Numbered from the whole stretch's first letter, positions 13,019-26,462 are shown. The stretch: 63,197 nt of DNA, filler included, from Bigelowiella natans CCMP2755 (GCA_000320545.1; 10 parts of 10 records of this genome joined end to end with filler, not necessarily neighbours in it), one strand, 5' to 3'. Notes: generated from the letters alone by a model not told the origin. Numbers and translations are program-made.

Positions 13019-14006
13019 TCGGGGTTTTGATTCGTCACATCATGTTGACAATCAACGAGCTGTTTGTTTTGTTGGAATCGTCATGCGCATGCATGCTGGC
13101 ATGTTCTAGTGTTGTGGTTTTCATCAAATTTCGAAGCACTGACGCCGTCCCCACAATTGCATTTGATTGATTCACACATTCGCCTCGTTGCGTCTGTTTG
13201 ATGAAATGACCTCTAGCTGTCCATGTGCGAGCTACCGTTGCGCAGATCACACGGAACAAAATCATCAAATCAATTTGTTTGCGTGCACACACCTGGTGAC
13301 GATTGCACGCGATGCCACGTGCGTGTGCCACAATTCTGTTCGCATGTTTGGATTGTTGCTGTGAACACAACATGTGTTGCATGTGCAAGGGCATGGTGCA
13401 CATGCAATGTGTTTCGATCATCTATGTGCGCACGACGCGCTGCAATGCAAAACTGTCATGGCAACACAGCTGGCACCGTGCATTGCAGTGCGTCATGCGC
13501 ACGCACATCACACTCCAGCGCACTTTTGCACGAAGACCATCACAGACATGTAATACAAATACCATATATGTACTATGCATGACCACGAGTGGCTCACATC
13601 ACAAATTGTCATCACGTGCGTCTAGGAGGCAATGGTTCTCCCAGCCATCTCTCCCTCAAGCTCTCGTCGTCTGCGCGACCTTCCTCTTTCTCGCATCTCC
13701 TCCGACCGTTCCTGTTCGTTCCACACATTTTCCCTTTTTCGATGATGCGTCGATGCATCTCCATGTGTTTTCTTTCATTGCTTTCAACATTGAGAGGCAT
13801 GTCACACAAGTAGACACCTCAACACATCACTAGTGGTTTCCCATGACGGATGTCCCCCAGCGGCAAAGTGCAACACGGCTCCTCGAAGGGAACAAGGGAC
13901 GTGTTTTTGTCTCCACTGGAAAAGTGGCTTGTCGCAGAAATGAAATCATCGATTTCTGAACCAAATTTTGGCTTGAAAGATCGGACAAGAATTTTTCGCA
14001 TCAGCA
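13019..14006. other. TpA-depleted intergenic domain 1 (degenerate repeat-like DNA)
   Basis: Outside a short island at 13550-13576, the only TA dinucleotides seen are CTAG x4, CTAC, CTAT and GTAG. The region is rich in TGCA/CATG. Confidence 0.8.
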
Positions 14007-14051
14007 TTAGCACGAACGAACGAACGAAGTTGGGAATTTCTGCCTTCAAAA

Positions 14052-16172
14052 ATGGCGCCCGCGAGCCTTCGGCTCGGCCTGTGGTGCTTAGTCCTTCTTG
14101 TTGCCGGCGCGGCGAAGCCGGCACTGTTCCTCCGGCCGCGCACCGCCAGAATTGGGGCCCGAAAATTATCGAATGGGTGGAGGCCGGTGACATTCCGCCC
14201 AACGGGAGCCAAGGTGAGATCGTACGAGGAGGTCCTTGGTCGAAACCCCATGAACCCAGAGCAGGGCGAAAGCAGCGATTCTGTCGAAATGATACCATCC
14301 TTTGAACAAGAAGAAGGTCAGGGAGAGAGAGATATGAGGTTTAGTGCGTGAGAGGAGGAAAGCTAGGCGTTAAAGCGAATATTTGTTGAATTCGCCCGCG
14401 AGCTGATTATCCTTTTGATTCAGAAGAGGCAGGGGACGAACGGCTGAGCGTTGACGACCCGACGATGTAGCAAATACCTTTCTTTTTTTTCCCCCCATTC
14501 CCAAGTATGTCATTACAATCACAATGTCCTGTTTCACATCCCAAACATCTAGTGATGGTGCTGAGGGTCCTTTCGTCGTCCGCTTCGACGACGCACAGGG
14601 GGAGGAAGTAGTACTGCTCCTCATGAAAGATGGCCATACTGAAGGGTGCGACCAATTAGCTAAGATAGAAAGGAGCGCAAAGGGGGCCACGTGTATAGAG
14701 CATGAACATAAAATACAAACATTATTGAATCCTTCCAGGTACTTTCGCGAGATCCAGCAAAATCGCCGACAGCTGGAGGTAGGCCTTAGATTTGGGGGGG
14801 TGGGGGACAGAGAGGAAGCCATCTTTGCGAAATATTTCACAGATGGTGGGTTTGCATGCTATCAAGTACAAACTATCAGCCGCCACTATTCCATTTTCCA
14901 TCATGATTCACATCCCTCAGGTTTGGCTGCCAAGCTTCAGAACAGCCTACAAATCCGTGGAGGAGACACGCGGTAGATTACTGTGCCTGATGTCCACGTG
15001 TGTGTTTGTGTGGGGAGTGCGGTGGGGGAAGTCGTCATTCATACACTTATTATGTGTGGCAGATATACTAAACCAAGAGATCGAGTGGATGCATAGGGCA
15101 AAGAGTATACGGTGATAGTGACGTTTATAAGAGTATACGGTGATAGTGACGTTTATTCATCCCCTTTTCTCTCCCTTTCTCTCTAAGGCGCATCGAGCAT
15201 GTATACACACACGCACGCACACGCACAAAGAGTGTGTGTGGGGGGGGGGGCTAATATTTAACGATCGATCTCATTATCTATCCTCCCAAATCTCTCGATT
15301 CCTCTTAATCCTTTAAATAGTTCTTCTCCTTGCGATATTATTATCAGGTGGAGCGTACTCGTAAACGGCATGGTTAAGGGTAACGTCGGTCTCAATCTTA
15401 TCGACTGGAAAGGAAAGGTGAGCGCACAGAGAACCACCCCCCCGACCCCACCACCATTATCATCATCATCATCACAAACAACAACACCTATCGACGACGG
15501 AAGAGCAGGTCTTGTGATGAGGCGGATAAGAATAGCTAGCATGCTGATGATGATGTAGGAGACAATGCCCCCCATCATTGTTGGCGGTGGTGTTTGATCA
15601 GGTGGGCTACCTGGGCTATTGGTTATCGTCCGACGTCCAGGTGTGTCATCTTTAACAGCACCAACAACAATTACAACAACATCTTCATCAACAACAACAA
15701 CGACGTCAAGGATGCGATGAAGAAATGGGATAGTGGCGGTGGTGGTGGTGGTGGTCTCGATGATGACGAGATCACGATGTGGGAAGAATGACGATGATGG
15801 TCGATTCAGGGGCGTGGGATTATGAGCCGCGCGGTGCAGGAAGTTTGTCGCATCGGCTTCGAGGTAGTACAAAAGACGAGGTAGTAGGTGTGGAGCATTA
15901 TGAGGATGGAGACGAACGCTAAGATAAAATACACCGCAAGCAACACGCGCACACACGCACGTGTAACTATGCTTCCTACTCAGCCTATTCTTCATTCCTA
16001 GGTTTTGGATCTCGATCACATGGACATTTCTGCTCGCAAGAAGAACGACAAAAGCGCTGCGGTGAGGAGGAGGAAGGGGAGGGGGGGGGAGGAGACAAGG
16101 CTGTGGCCGATCGAAATACTCATCGAATAAAATTACGCATTAATACAAACTACCTACTCATAGATCTACACC

Positions 16173-16205
<33 letters not shown>

Positions 16206-16236
16206 CAAGCACTTTGTGAAATAACACTATTCGTTC

Positions 16237-16272
<36 letters not shown>

Positions 16273-16620
16273 TTGCAAAACGACTCGGGTTCATCAAACA
16301 GACAGAGGTGTCCAGAGATGTGAATGGCGGTGGTGATAGTAGCATCAGGCGCGACAATATCAGGCGCGGCAATAGCAGCAGTGACGGCGGCTGAATCGTT
16401 GCCTTTCGCTACTGCTGTGTTGTCTACTTTAATCACCATCGTGTACTCCTCTCCCGTTCTTAGATCGAAGACAACGAGCCGGGGGTGAAGTTCCCCTTGG
16501 ATGTGTACACGCTGTCCAGGAGCGATCGTGCGACAGAGAAGCGCGTAACCGTTGCGAGGGAGGAGTTCTATCTGCTCAATGCCATGGGTTATCTATCTCG
16601 TCAGGATCCTATATCCTTTT
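14052..16620 (+). CDS. RimJ/RimL-family GNAT N-acetyltransferase with a bipartite (signal + transit-like) leader; 3' end uncertain
   Basis: The N-terminus reads MAPASLRLGLWCLVLLVAGAA-KPALFLRPRTARIGARKL. The spliced core reads WSVLVNGMVKGNVGLNLIDWKGK|VGYLGYWLSSDVQ|GRGIMSRAVQEVCRIGFE|VLDLDHMDISARKKNDKSAA|VAKRLGF, which matches Acetyltransf_3 (GYWL...qGrGim...N.kS..va.rlGF). Confidence 0.82.
15101..15156 (+). repeat. Perfect 28-bp tandem duplication spanning an exon/intron boundary
   Basis: AAGAGTATACGGTGATAGTGACGTTTAT occurs twice (15101-15128 and 15129-15156). Confidence 0.9.
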
Positions 16621-17823
16621 CGGTACCGCCACCACCACCATCACCACCGCTACTAATGCTACTAGCTAGGTCTACAACGCAGCAGCTGCTCGCCCCCTTT
16701 CCTTTCTTTCCCCTCACCGTTTGCTGTTTTTACGTGTCATCATCTCCTATCATCGATCGGCCGGTCGTCGGTCCTTCGTCAGTTACAAAGCCGAAAACTC
16801 GACGGCAGCGATGGCATCTTTCAGGTGATCCACATGCGTATGATTTAGTTGCAAGTGCGTATGAATGCAATGACGATGGTGATGGTGGTGGCAGTGCTGG
16901 TGGTGGCGGCGGTGGCGGCGGCGATCATGATTACTATAATAAATGTGCTCAAATCAACTGCGTTGACAGTGATGCAGTTTGAATTTTGGCAATATTCTTA
17001 TATCATCACCTGGCATTGCTATGTGTGCATATTAACAAAATATTACCAGAATCTCTTCCGAGGATGGGGATAGGTATTCCAAGCGCATTACCATTGGGAT
17101 GATTTCCATTTATGTTGTCGCATACTCCTTCCTGAATTTGTGATTCGATGAGACAACACAGAAGACGAGGCCATAGCCACTGTGCCATTCCATGCATGCA
17201 CATGTATGTCTACTACACATAGTATTTATCGTTGTAGTCGGCATGCCTCGACCTAGCCTTACATACCTGCGCTGCCACCCACACGCTGCTTTAGGATGCG
17301 CCTACCCATAGCTACGCATCTTTAGGGAACTTGCCATTCGAAAAATCTGATATGACTAATGTGATCAAAACTATGCCATGACGCGCTAGTACTATTGCAG
17401 CCCCACGTTGCACAATGCAAAACAATGGGAATGCGTATGGCCATTCTTCGTAGTTCATGCCTAGACAACACAGCTTGCGGCCCCGAAAAAAGTGGTTATT
17501 TGGATATACGACTGTACATGCATGGTTTGCTCATCAATAATGGCATGCACACGATAATCGGCACAGGCATCACAAGCAATATGTCACAGTTTCATAACAA
17601 GCTAATCGACGTGTTCTTAGGGCGGCTGATCGGACCAATAGGTAGTGTACAATGAGGAACTTCTCTAATAGCGCAAGCTATTTACTGCAGAGCCACGCGC
17701 GCATAATAAATGCGACGAATATAGGCTTGCTATCTTGCATGCAGCTTTGCATCGGCATGTGTAAATGCGCCTTTATTTTGTAGATACAACAGCGTTATGA
17801 TAAACAGAGCGATAGTAGAGCTT

Positions 17824-18811
17824 TCATTTATTTCGAGGCCACTTCGGATCGCCAAACTTCTGAATCTCAACGAGGAAGCCATTGTTGTCCTTGAAGAAGA
17901 AGTGATAAATATTGAACTTCGGATTGAGGGTTGGGCCTTCGTTGTAGTCGTGCTGGAAGCCTGCAGATGTGCTGGGGGGCGACTCCATGAATCGGATCCC
18001 TTCATATTGGGAAATAAATGCAGCATGATGAGAACGATGTGAATCAAACAATTCAGAATAAGGATTCGTAGCATCGCTAATAACAGAACTCTGGTGGTTT
18101 CGCGTTCTTCTACAAAGCGATTTTGCCACAATCCAAGACCGAAAAATCAGCCCCACCGTTGGAAAATAACATTTCAAACAGAACACTGACACGCACAAAC
18201 ACTCCTCTATCTGCCACTGATCTCGTCATTTTGCGCGAACGAGCACATGTCACGTGGGGGTCGCGCCAACTAAGTCGAAACGTGTCAAGCAGCGATGGAA
18301 ATGATGAACGCCAACCCTTTTTCTTGAGATGACGATGCCATTCATCAACTTCATCGGAAACCATGGTGATGGTCACTTCCGTATCCCTTCGTGCTGTCTT
18401 TCGCTCGCAGAACCCAATAAATCCATCCTTACTCACACGATATATCCGACATACACCTGCCCCGCAAGGATGGAGTTCGTCACTCGTTGTGTCATCGTTT
18501 TCGCATGCATCTTTCTCTCCACGATATATCATACCCTGATCCAGCACCAGTGGGAGGCCAACGGTCTTTTCCCAAAAAGACGATGTTTCGTTTAAGTCCC
18601 GCTGCGAAGAGGGGAATAGACCGCATCACTCACAAATACCCCCCCTCCCTTCGTCTCTATCTTTCTTGTATTCATTTTTTTTTACACCCCTTCATCTCCA
18701 CCCAAAACCATCGAGCAAGGGAAGGGGGTAAGTTGTGACGACTGTGTAATAGAAGGAGACTTGCTGGTCTATACTCGGTGGCGCGTCCGCAGTTGCTGAA
18801 CATATACGCAT
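17824..18811 (-). CDS. VOC-family (glyoxalase/bleomycin-resistance) protein, spliced
   Basis: Exons read SIDQQVSFYYT | DLNETSSFWEKTVGLPLVLDQG | VCRIYRVSKDGFIGFCERK...TITMVSDEVDEWHRHLKKKG | ...EGPTLNPKFNIYHFFFKDNNGFLVEIQKFGDPKWPRNK*. This is the classic VOC pattern ending FFF.D..G.lvEi. The start may lie further upstream. Confidence 0.85.
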
Positions 18812-19899
18812 GTCGCGCACGTACATACACAGGACACACAAAATTATACTATATTAGATACATGTATACATATATTCGTTCATGTATGTGCGGTAAATAC
18901 AGACGCACTACGACGAAAAGCGAATCAATTTCAACGAGAATTTCCTAGGTATTTGGCCTCCTACTCAACGCCAAGTACCCAGACAATCAAATGGATGGGT
19001 TCCGACCTTTACTATGCTGAATGCCTGATCTTGCACCATTTGCCTTCGAATCATGGGAGAAACTTGCTGAGGAGTAGGCATCACATTTTTTTAGATCAAT
19101 TGACGATAGACTGAATGAATCGGAGCTGAAGAGTGAGGAGGAGCGTTTCGGTGGAGATGGAGATTTGTTTGATACTTAATTCAAAACCTGTTATCGCAGC
19201 AGTTGTAAGAAGCAGGGCTGGATTGTATCGTCTCGGTGGCTTTGCAAGTAATGCCCTGAAGTATCGACTGGCTGCGATTTATAATTACGAGGCCTTCAAT
19301 CGAGTCGCATCATAAGGCATAGAGGAAAGAGAACGATTCGAATATGAAAGGTGATCTATCTATGTAGCATTAGATGGTACCTTTAATCATTCGTTGTTCC
19401 CGTCGTTCTGGGCTTCTTTGAAGCCACCCTCAGGTAAAGGACGTGGCGTGCCTACAGGTAGACACAGGAGGATGGGTGGGGGGAGGATTCGAAGTGTTCG
19501 GAAAAAAGGATCCCGGAAGAGGTCTCGATTCGCATAGGAAATGCATGGCATTTAGGATGAACGCCACTGAAATTTGTGCCGTATTTCAAGAAAGCCGCCA
19601 TTGCTAGTAGTCAATATTCCAATGTCAATGTCCGGCACGCGCCATTCGGGCCAAAACCGCTCATTTGGTGCCACGTTATTAGGGTGAAATCCCAATGGAA
19701 ATCCACCAAGATGTACACGGGTCTTGGTGATCGTGCTTGATCGTGCTTCGTGTCGCATCAGCTTTGCAAACCGGGCAATTTTATGTGGTGATTTCTAGGT
19801 TCTCTTAGAAAGTGTTGTGAATGTGTTGCGAAACACTCGCAGAGTCGACAGAGGGCGAACGTGGCCGACACGTGACCTGTCCCCCCCCGAAAAAGGATC

Positions 19900-21302
19900 A
19901 TGGGCTGCAGCCCTCACTTTCTTTTTCTCATTTGGTCTCTGTCGCTGGTCGAAGCTGAGGGCAAATTGCATTTCAATCGTCGCACAGCTGTGACGACTTG
20001 GAAGCAGAGATGCGGTCTCAAACGCAGGGCGACAACAACAAGCGGTCGGCTGCGTGAGAGCTGTACATGTGCTTACATGTGCTGCACTAAAAACAGCAAT
20101 GCCTGCAACAACGTGTGATTCTGTTAATTTGCTCTTTGTGTATTAACTACTCAGCAACTTCAGTGACCAAGAGCAACAGAAAAGGATTAAATCAAGGCCC
20201 AGAGCCAAGGGCATCGTCATCGTCGATGTCGCCACCACCGTCGTCGTCGAAGGCGACCCTGTCTGCTGCTGAAGATGACCCCCAAAGCTCACACTCATCT
20301 CATCTTGGAGCTCTACTGGTTAGTACAACTGCATAGAGAGAGAGGTGGAAAGGGTTGGAAAAAGTTGAATCGAATCAAATGTGCGATGATGGAAGGATGA
20401 ATAAACATATCCGAAAACATGAGGGGGAAAGCACACCCCTTCATCGCTGCCATTATGGCTGTATCATTCATCACTACTATTGTCATCATCACTATATTTA
20501 CGAACAAAACCTTAGGTTTTCGGTCGGCTCGCTGACCACCTGGGAATCTCCAACACAAAGTATCTGCCAGACCTTCCTCTCCCGTTCTCCCTGTGGATCA
20601 GTTTACCGCTGTCGCGTCGCTTGAAGAATGACTATCCGCAGTGGAAGGTATACGCTGTATTATAGTCATAGGTAGTGACAGGTGCTGAAAAGGCCTCCCT
20701 CCCGTTGTCAGCGATAAAAATCATAATCATGTTGCGGTGTGGGCTGCACCAAGAGCACTTACATCTTTTTTGGTGTTATGTTCAAAAACACAAAGCATTT
20801 GTTTGACGGCGATGGCGACAGCTACTCAATAACGCGCGCGGTGTTTCAAGAGCGTATGCGAGCAATGCCGTTCAAGTATCCGCGTGGGGATGAGTTTGGC
20901 CCGGCAGCGCTACCGACGGAAGTGACCGAGGCATTTTCCGCAGATTCTGGTGCTGGTGACAAAATGGCGATAAACGTTGCTGCTATAAAGGAAGATGCCA
21001 ATCTTCGCGCGAAATTGAATGCTTTTATCTCGGACATACCCTTGGAAGACGAACTTCTAGATAGGGTCTTCGACGAGATCAATCGAGTGGGACAGATGCA
21101 CCGCCGCAACGAGAACTTCCCGCACCAAGTGAGCGGAGATCTAACCTCACTGTCATCCAGTGACGACGATGCGGTTATGAGTCGTAGAACCTTCGAGATG
21201 TGCATGCTGAAATGGGCAAGTGAAGATCCTGAAACGGAGGGGGACCCTGTAGTCGAGTGGACGGTTTTCTGGAAAAACCTCCGGGAGGTGCTCACAAATT
21301 AG
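19900..21302 (+). CDS. Hypothetical protein (spliced; long final exon)
   Basis: Clean 187-codon ORF at 20739-21302 with protein-like composition. Upstream exon-like pieces include VFGRLADHLGISNTKYLPDLPLPFSLWISLPLSRRLKNDYPQWK|gt. The 5' end is uncertain. Confidence 0.55.
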
Positions 21303-21429
21303 AGCCTCAGCAACGGTGTAGACGATTGCCGCCTAGTTGCGATAGCGCTACCGCTGCTCGTAGAACAAATATACGATTACTTAATCGCCTCGTCAGCGTT
21401 AATGAATTATTATGATAAGAACACATATG

Positions 21430-21471
<42 letters not shown>

Positions 21472-22389
21472 TATAGCCGCATCGTACAGCTCACTTAGGA
21501 TGACGATTGAAATAATGTTATCATTTCATTACATCCGTCTCACATGCTATACATGTACATGTATTACGAACGCACACGAACACGTTCGCTCGCGCGCGCG
21601 GCACGGCACGGGATGCAACAACCATGCCACATTTGCAAACATGAAGCACACAATCACCTAAACAAACACAATCTTAGTGCTGTTGTAGCCGCCGTCTTGG
21701 CTACATCAGGAAGGCCATTGAGAAAGTATAATTGTTTCATTACCCTCGTCTCATGTTATCCTAGCAGCTACACATGGCATGTACCACAGCCCAAAAATCG
21801 CATCATGCACGACGCTGACGCAATTTGCAGGTACATCACATCGATCGTAAGTAGAGACTTAGCTACGAGAGATGAGCTCGGTAGAAAACACGGCACATTC
21901 ACGCGAAACTAGTAGCGATTCATGACACTCAAATTTCAATGTCCCCACATGCCCACATCATGTGCACGCTATGCATTTGTATTTCGCAGCACTTCTGTTG
22001 TGCATCTAGATGCAATTTTACAGCATGGGTGGTAGCAATTTCAACGCTGCACTATGTGTTCAGCTGACACTCCCCCCCCCCCCCCTCCCTAGACACACAT
22101 CTCGGCAGCACTTTCCGGTTGCGATTTACGGTAAGTAAGTTTTATTAAAGTTGCTGGACATGATGACATGCCAGTGCTCTTAGTGCGCATCACATTGGCC
22201 TAGAAATGGAGCCCCTTCGTACGCTTCCAAGATATAATCATTAAATTTTAGCCATTCTATTGATTAATGTTTAATAAGCGATCATGCGAAGTCTGTTGCT
22301 TCATACATATCGTTGTCTATTCTTTGAATCTTCCTCCTTATCGTCTTCCTCGTCATCATAGTAGTCATCGTGCTCCTCGTCACGTGTGT

Positions 22390-23677
22390 CGCTTCTCCTT
22401 CGCCGCTGATCCCGCCGCTTGGCGTCTAAGCGCTCAAGCACCAACATCTCTAGATTGTTTCCGCCTAGTGGAGAGCAGATGTGGTGTGCACAATATACTT
22501 TGAGTGATACGCTTATCAACGATACATGTCTACATATAAATAAATAAATATATATATATATATATTATATGCATATATTACATGCATATGCTGCATGTGC
22601 GCGACAGAAGACGATCGGAGAAGATCCTTCACTTCCTCCACAGACCAACGTGCCCGCTAATGCGCTACTATCGCTACAACGATTACGCGCACCTTCTAGG
22701 ATCTCGTTCTCGGTCAATAGCTTGAAAGGGTTTGAGTAGTATTTGAACCGAATATGTCCGACACAGTTTATGAGCATCGCCACCACGACAAAGTGGAACA
22801 TCCAAAACCTGATGAGGAAGGACGGCGAGGACAATGTGAGAAGGGGGAGCGGTTGGTTGGGGAAGATGGTCTCGATTTGAGGTTGCTGGACGACGAAACT
22901 CGATATGGATGTACATATATAAAAAAAAATACATATATATATATATATATATATATAATATAAATACATATGAGTTTATGGTGGAAAGGTGCTGTGCGTT
23001 TTGTCAGGTAACATCTTCATTCCCCTCCTCCTCATCATTATCATCTTCAATTAACGTGATTATATCGTTAACGGATCTTCTGCAGAGATTCATGGATGCG
23101 GTAATTATCTATATCAACGATGACAACGACGACAACTATCAGTACGCGAAAGTCGCGTTGAAGAAGATGAAGAAACTCGGGGCTTCCACCGCATACTTGT
23201 GGCTGGTGATAATGATAAAGATTAGGAGGAGGAGGAGGAGGAGGGGAGGAGGAGAAGGAGCAGGAGGAGGAGGATAATGCATGAAGACTGATGTCAATGC
23301 TTTCTTGTTATGTAGAATAGCTGTCTTTGTACCCGCACGTGTTTTCGCTTCTTTGGAAGTAGAGAATGATGCCCTACAATTACACATGCTCATTGATCAG
23401 GTGCTGGGTAGAAATGGTGGAGAAGCATCCCCACAGGTATATATATTATCTCCCACTGCCAGCACAACCATACCCATATTGTCATCGCGAGAGTTAATAA
23501 ATCGACGACCAAGGCCTGCGAAAGGAGAGGGGGGGGGGGGAAGAGGAGGAGGGGAGAGGGGGAGAGGAGGTCATGGCAATGCAAACACCGCGTGACTTAT
23601 CTGATCGGTTGGATGTCGTACCAGAATCGTGATCCCCAGGTTGTTGTCACCGACGTAGAAACCCACGTAGCATGCAC

Positions 23678-23720
<43 letters not shown>

Positions 23721-23740
23721 GAGGAGAGAGAGGAGGAGGG

Positions 23741-23795
<55 letters not shown>

Positions 23796-24160
23796 CAGCA
23801 CGAACGAGATCGATCGATGATGACCACACATCCGAAAGAATATTCATTCGTATCAGGAATTGTGAGACGCAGAGGCGCTTCAGATGCATTCAGGCGCATG
23901 CATGAAGCAGACATGGTTTTATGTGGTGAAGAGAGGTCAGCGCAAAGTGCAAAGTAGTATTGAATGGCTGCTGGTAATTGTAGGTTATGCTTCAGCTCAT
24001 TTGCCATCCATCGATCGGTGTGTCGGAGCCGTCACTGTTAACCGATGCTTGTCAAGAGAACAATGCCCCCCCCCCCCCCCCTTTTGTTGATATATAAAAG
24101 GAGTATTTACCTCGAGATCGTCAAAACTAGACATATAACTGAAGTGAGGACGTATCCATA
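22390..24160 (+). CDS. Possible multi-exon hypothetical protein
   Basis: Short exon-like blocks lie between microsatellite introns (RFMDA|YAKVALKKMKKLGASTAYLWL; IAVFVPARVFASLEVENDALQLHMLIDQVLG; KEYSFVSGIVRRRGASDAFRRMHEADMVLCGEE). No family recognised. Confidence 0.3.
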
Positions 24161-24487
24161 GGAATAGTGTGTGCTTTCTTTGTTGCAATACTCGTCCCAA
24201 ATCGAAAGGACAACTGGTTTGAATAAGAATGCCGATCATCATGCAAGAAGCGAGAAGGCGACCACCAATTCTTTTTGCATCGAATTCTAGTCTTAAATGC
24301 TTAGTGAATATTGCATGGAAGGCGCAAATCTATCAAAGTTAATCTATTTACCGCACGCCCAACAGACGTATGAGCTGTACAGGATTACGCAGAATATCAG
24401 GATGTGCACTACGAGCCTGAGCGTGGTGGAGGAGTGAATAAATAAACCTCATGTTTTTCCCCAGAAAAAACAACAAATGTAATATTC

Positions 24488-24527
<40 letters not shown>

Positions 24528-25381
24528 CTGCTGCTGCTGCTGCTGCTGCTGCCACTTACTACTATGCAGTTCTTTTTGCCCATGTTTCAGTGATGTCGAC
24601 GTAATTTTTTCTGCTTTTTTTTCTATTTATGATGAGGGTGATAAACAAAACTAACACCATATTGGAATTTGATTGAAGTTCTGGAAGCACCAGTGGAGTT
24701 TCTCGTCTTCTTCAACTTTGCTGTCACTTCCATAGCCGCGCTTCGATCCGTCCATTTGAAGAAAAGAAGGGACTTCGATAGCAAGCTTCCCCTTTTTCTA
24801 ACGATGATTTTTATTTATCCTTCGAAATCCCACAACCCAGTTGTCCTCCCTTTCAAGCGAGCTTCCTCCTATCTTCCCGTTTTCACTTGAGATTCTCGCT
24901 CCTACAGTCCTCGACACACAGCCAGTTTCGATGGAGAGAGACCAGCTACCAACTAAAGGACAACACACTGCAATCAAAGCGAAGAAGTCAGTGAATAAGG
25001 GGAGTCTCGTGGAAGATGGAAAGGCACATCTTGCTTTCACGATTAGATAAGATCGCAGGAAGAACCTCCTGCCGGTGCGACCCCATTGTGTTCTATTGGG
25101 AACTGTCAAATGTTGTCGCAGGAATAAATAGGCATCCTTTTTCCAGTAACCTCTTCGATAAGCGGAATTGGAACGAACTCGCCACTTGCGTCAATGCCCT
25201 TGGCCAACGAATGCGACGCCTAAGGCGAGCCAGGTTTCGGCGCTGGAAGATTTCCCCTACGACATGCTCGTCGGTCTGACGCAAATGAACACGGTGTGTT
25301 TGATTTGTACGAGTACTCTTAATTTCAATAGTACCCAGAGTACCCATGCATATCGCATGTCGCCCTCACTCCGAGGACCCG

Positions 25382-25432
25382 AGGATTTCAGGATTTCCTA
25401 GGATTTCCAGGATTTCCTGATTTCCTGATTTC
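25382..25432 (+). repeat. Degenerate GGATTTCC(A/T) minisatellite
   Basis: AGGATTTCAGGATTTCCTAGGATTTCCAGGATTTCCTGATTTCCTGATTTC. Confidence 0.7.
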
Positions 25433-25833
25433 ATCTACAGGTAAAAACATACGAATGACAGCGTGAATGGCAACGCTTACTTATTTAATCTAGTAATTCT
25501 TTAAATATACTATTGTCGTATGTGTAAAATGCCATCACTTGAAACCCAAGCAGCCCTCGCTCTGGTTGCCGTCACCTGCCTCTTTTCTACATTCATACTC
25601 GACGCCTTCAGGGCCTTCCCACTCGTGTGGGAGACAATTTGGTACGATAGCCAATAGGGATCTGAAAGTTCGGGATTGTCCTGCCAGGTTATTGTGCGAC
25701 ATTTATTGTTTCCGTTTGCACGCGGTGCACGGCTCAGTCGAACTGTCCGCTTCAGGTAGACGACGGTTTCGCCTCCTCTTGATCAGTAACGGGAAAGAGA
25801 GCTGGTGAAATTAGCCGATTGGAATCTACCAAG

Positions 25834-26195
25834 ATGTTTGGAGCCAATAAGCAACCATTCGTTCCCGGGATAGTACGTAAACAAGGCCGAAATGTGAATA
25901 ATGTGCGGACTATTTTTGTCGAAGTAGCCCCTGCAGTAGGCGTGGAAGGTGGGCATGTGCAGTTATGCATAGAGAGAAAAGGATTGATGATTATGGATCA
26001 TCGGCGTAGGAGCAAGGGGAAGGGGAAAATAATCTTGCTTGCTTTGTGGCGCAGAATTAGGAAGCATAGAATAGAGAAATAACTAGCTTATTCCGCATTT
26101 CTCAGAGAAGTCAGTGCTGGAAGGATCTTGTTCAATGTTGAAAAGAAATGGGTGATTTCGAGGTACTTCATGACGGTTCCCCTTTCCTCCCCCCC

Positions 26196-26265
<70 letters not shown>

Positions 26266-26423
26266 CCTTTTTCCAGGTCTTCTACCGTGACCTAATAGTA
26301 CAGCGAATGCGTTTCGTTCGATAGGTGCATCATGCAGTACCAAGAAAGAAATTTGGTCGAGGTGATAATATGTGACGCCAAATACGACTCCCGCGTCTCC
26401 GTGGTAACCAAAGTCATCAAATT

Positions 26424-26462
<39 letters not shown>

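Noticed and set aside
24669-25401. Overlapping short ORFs on both strands
   Set aside because: No recognisable motif and the strand could not be resolved.
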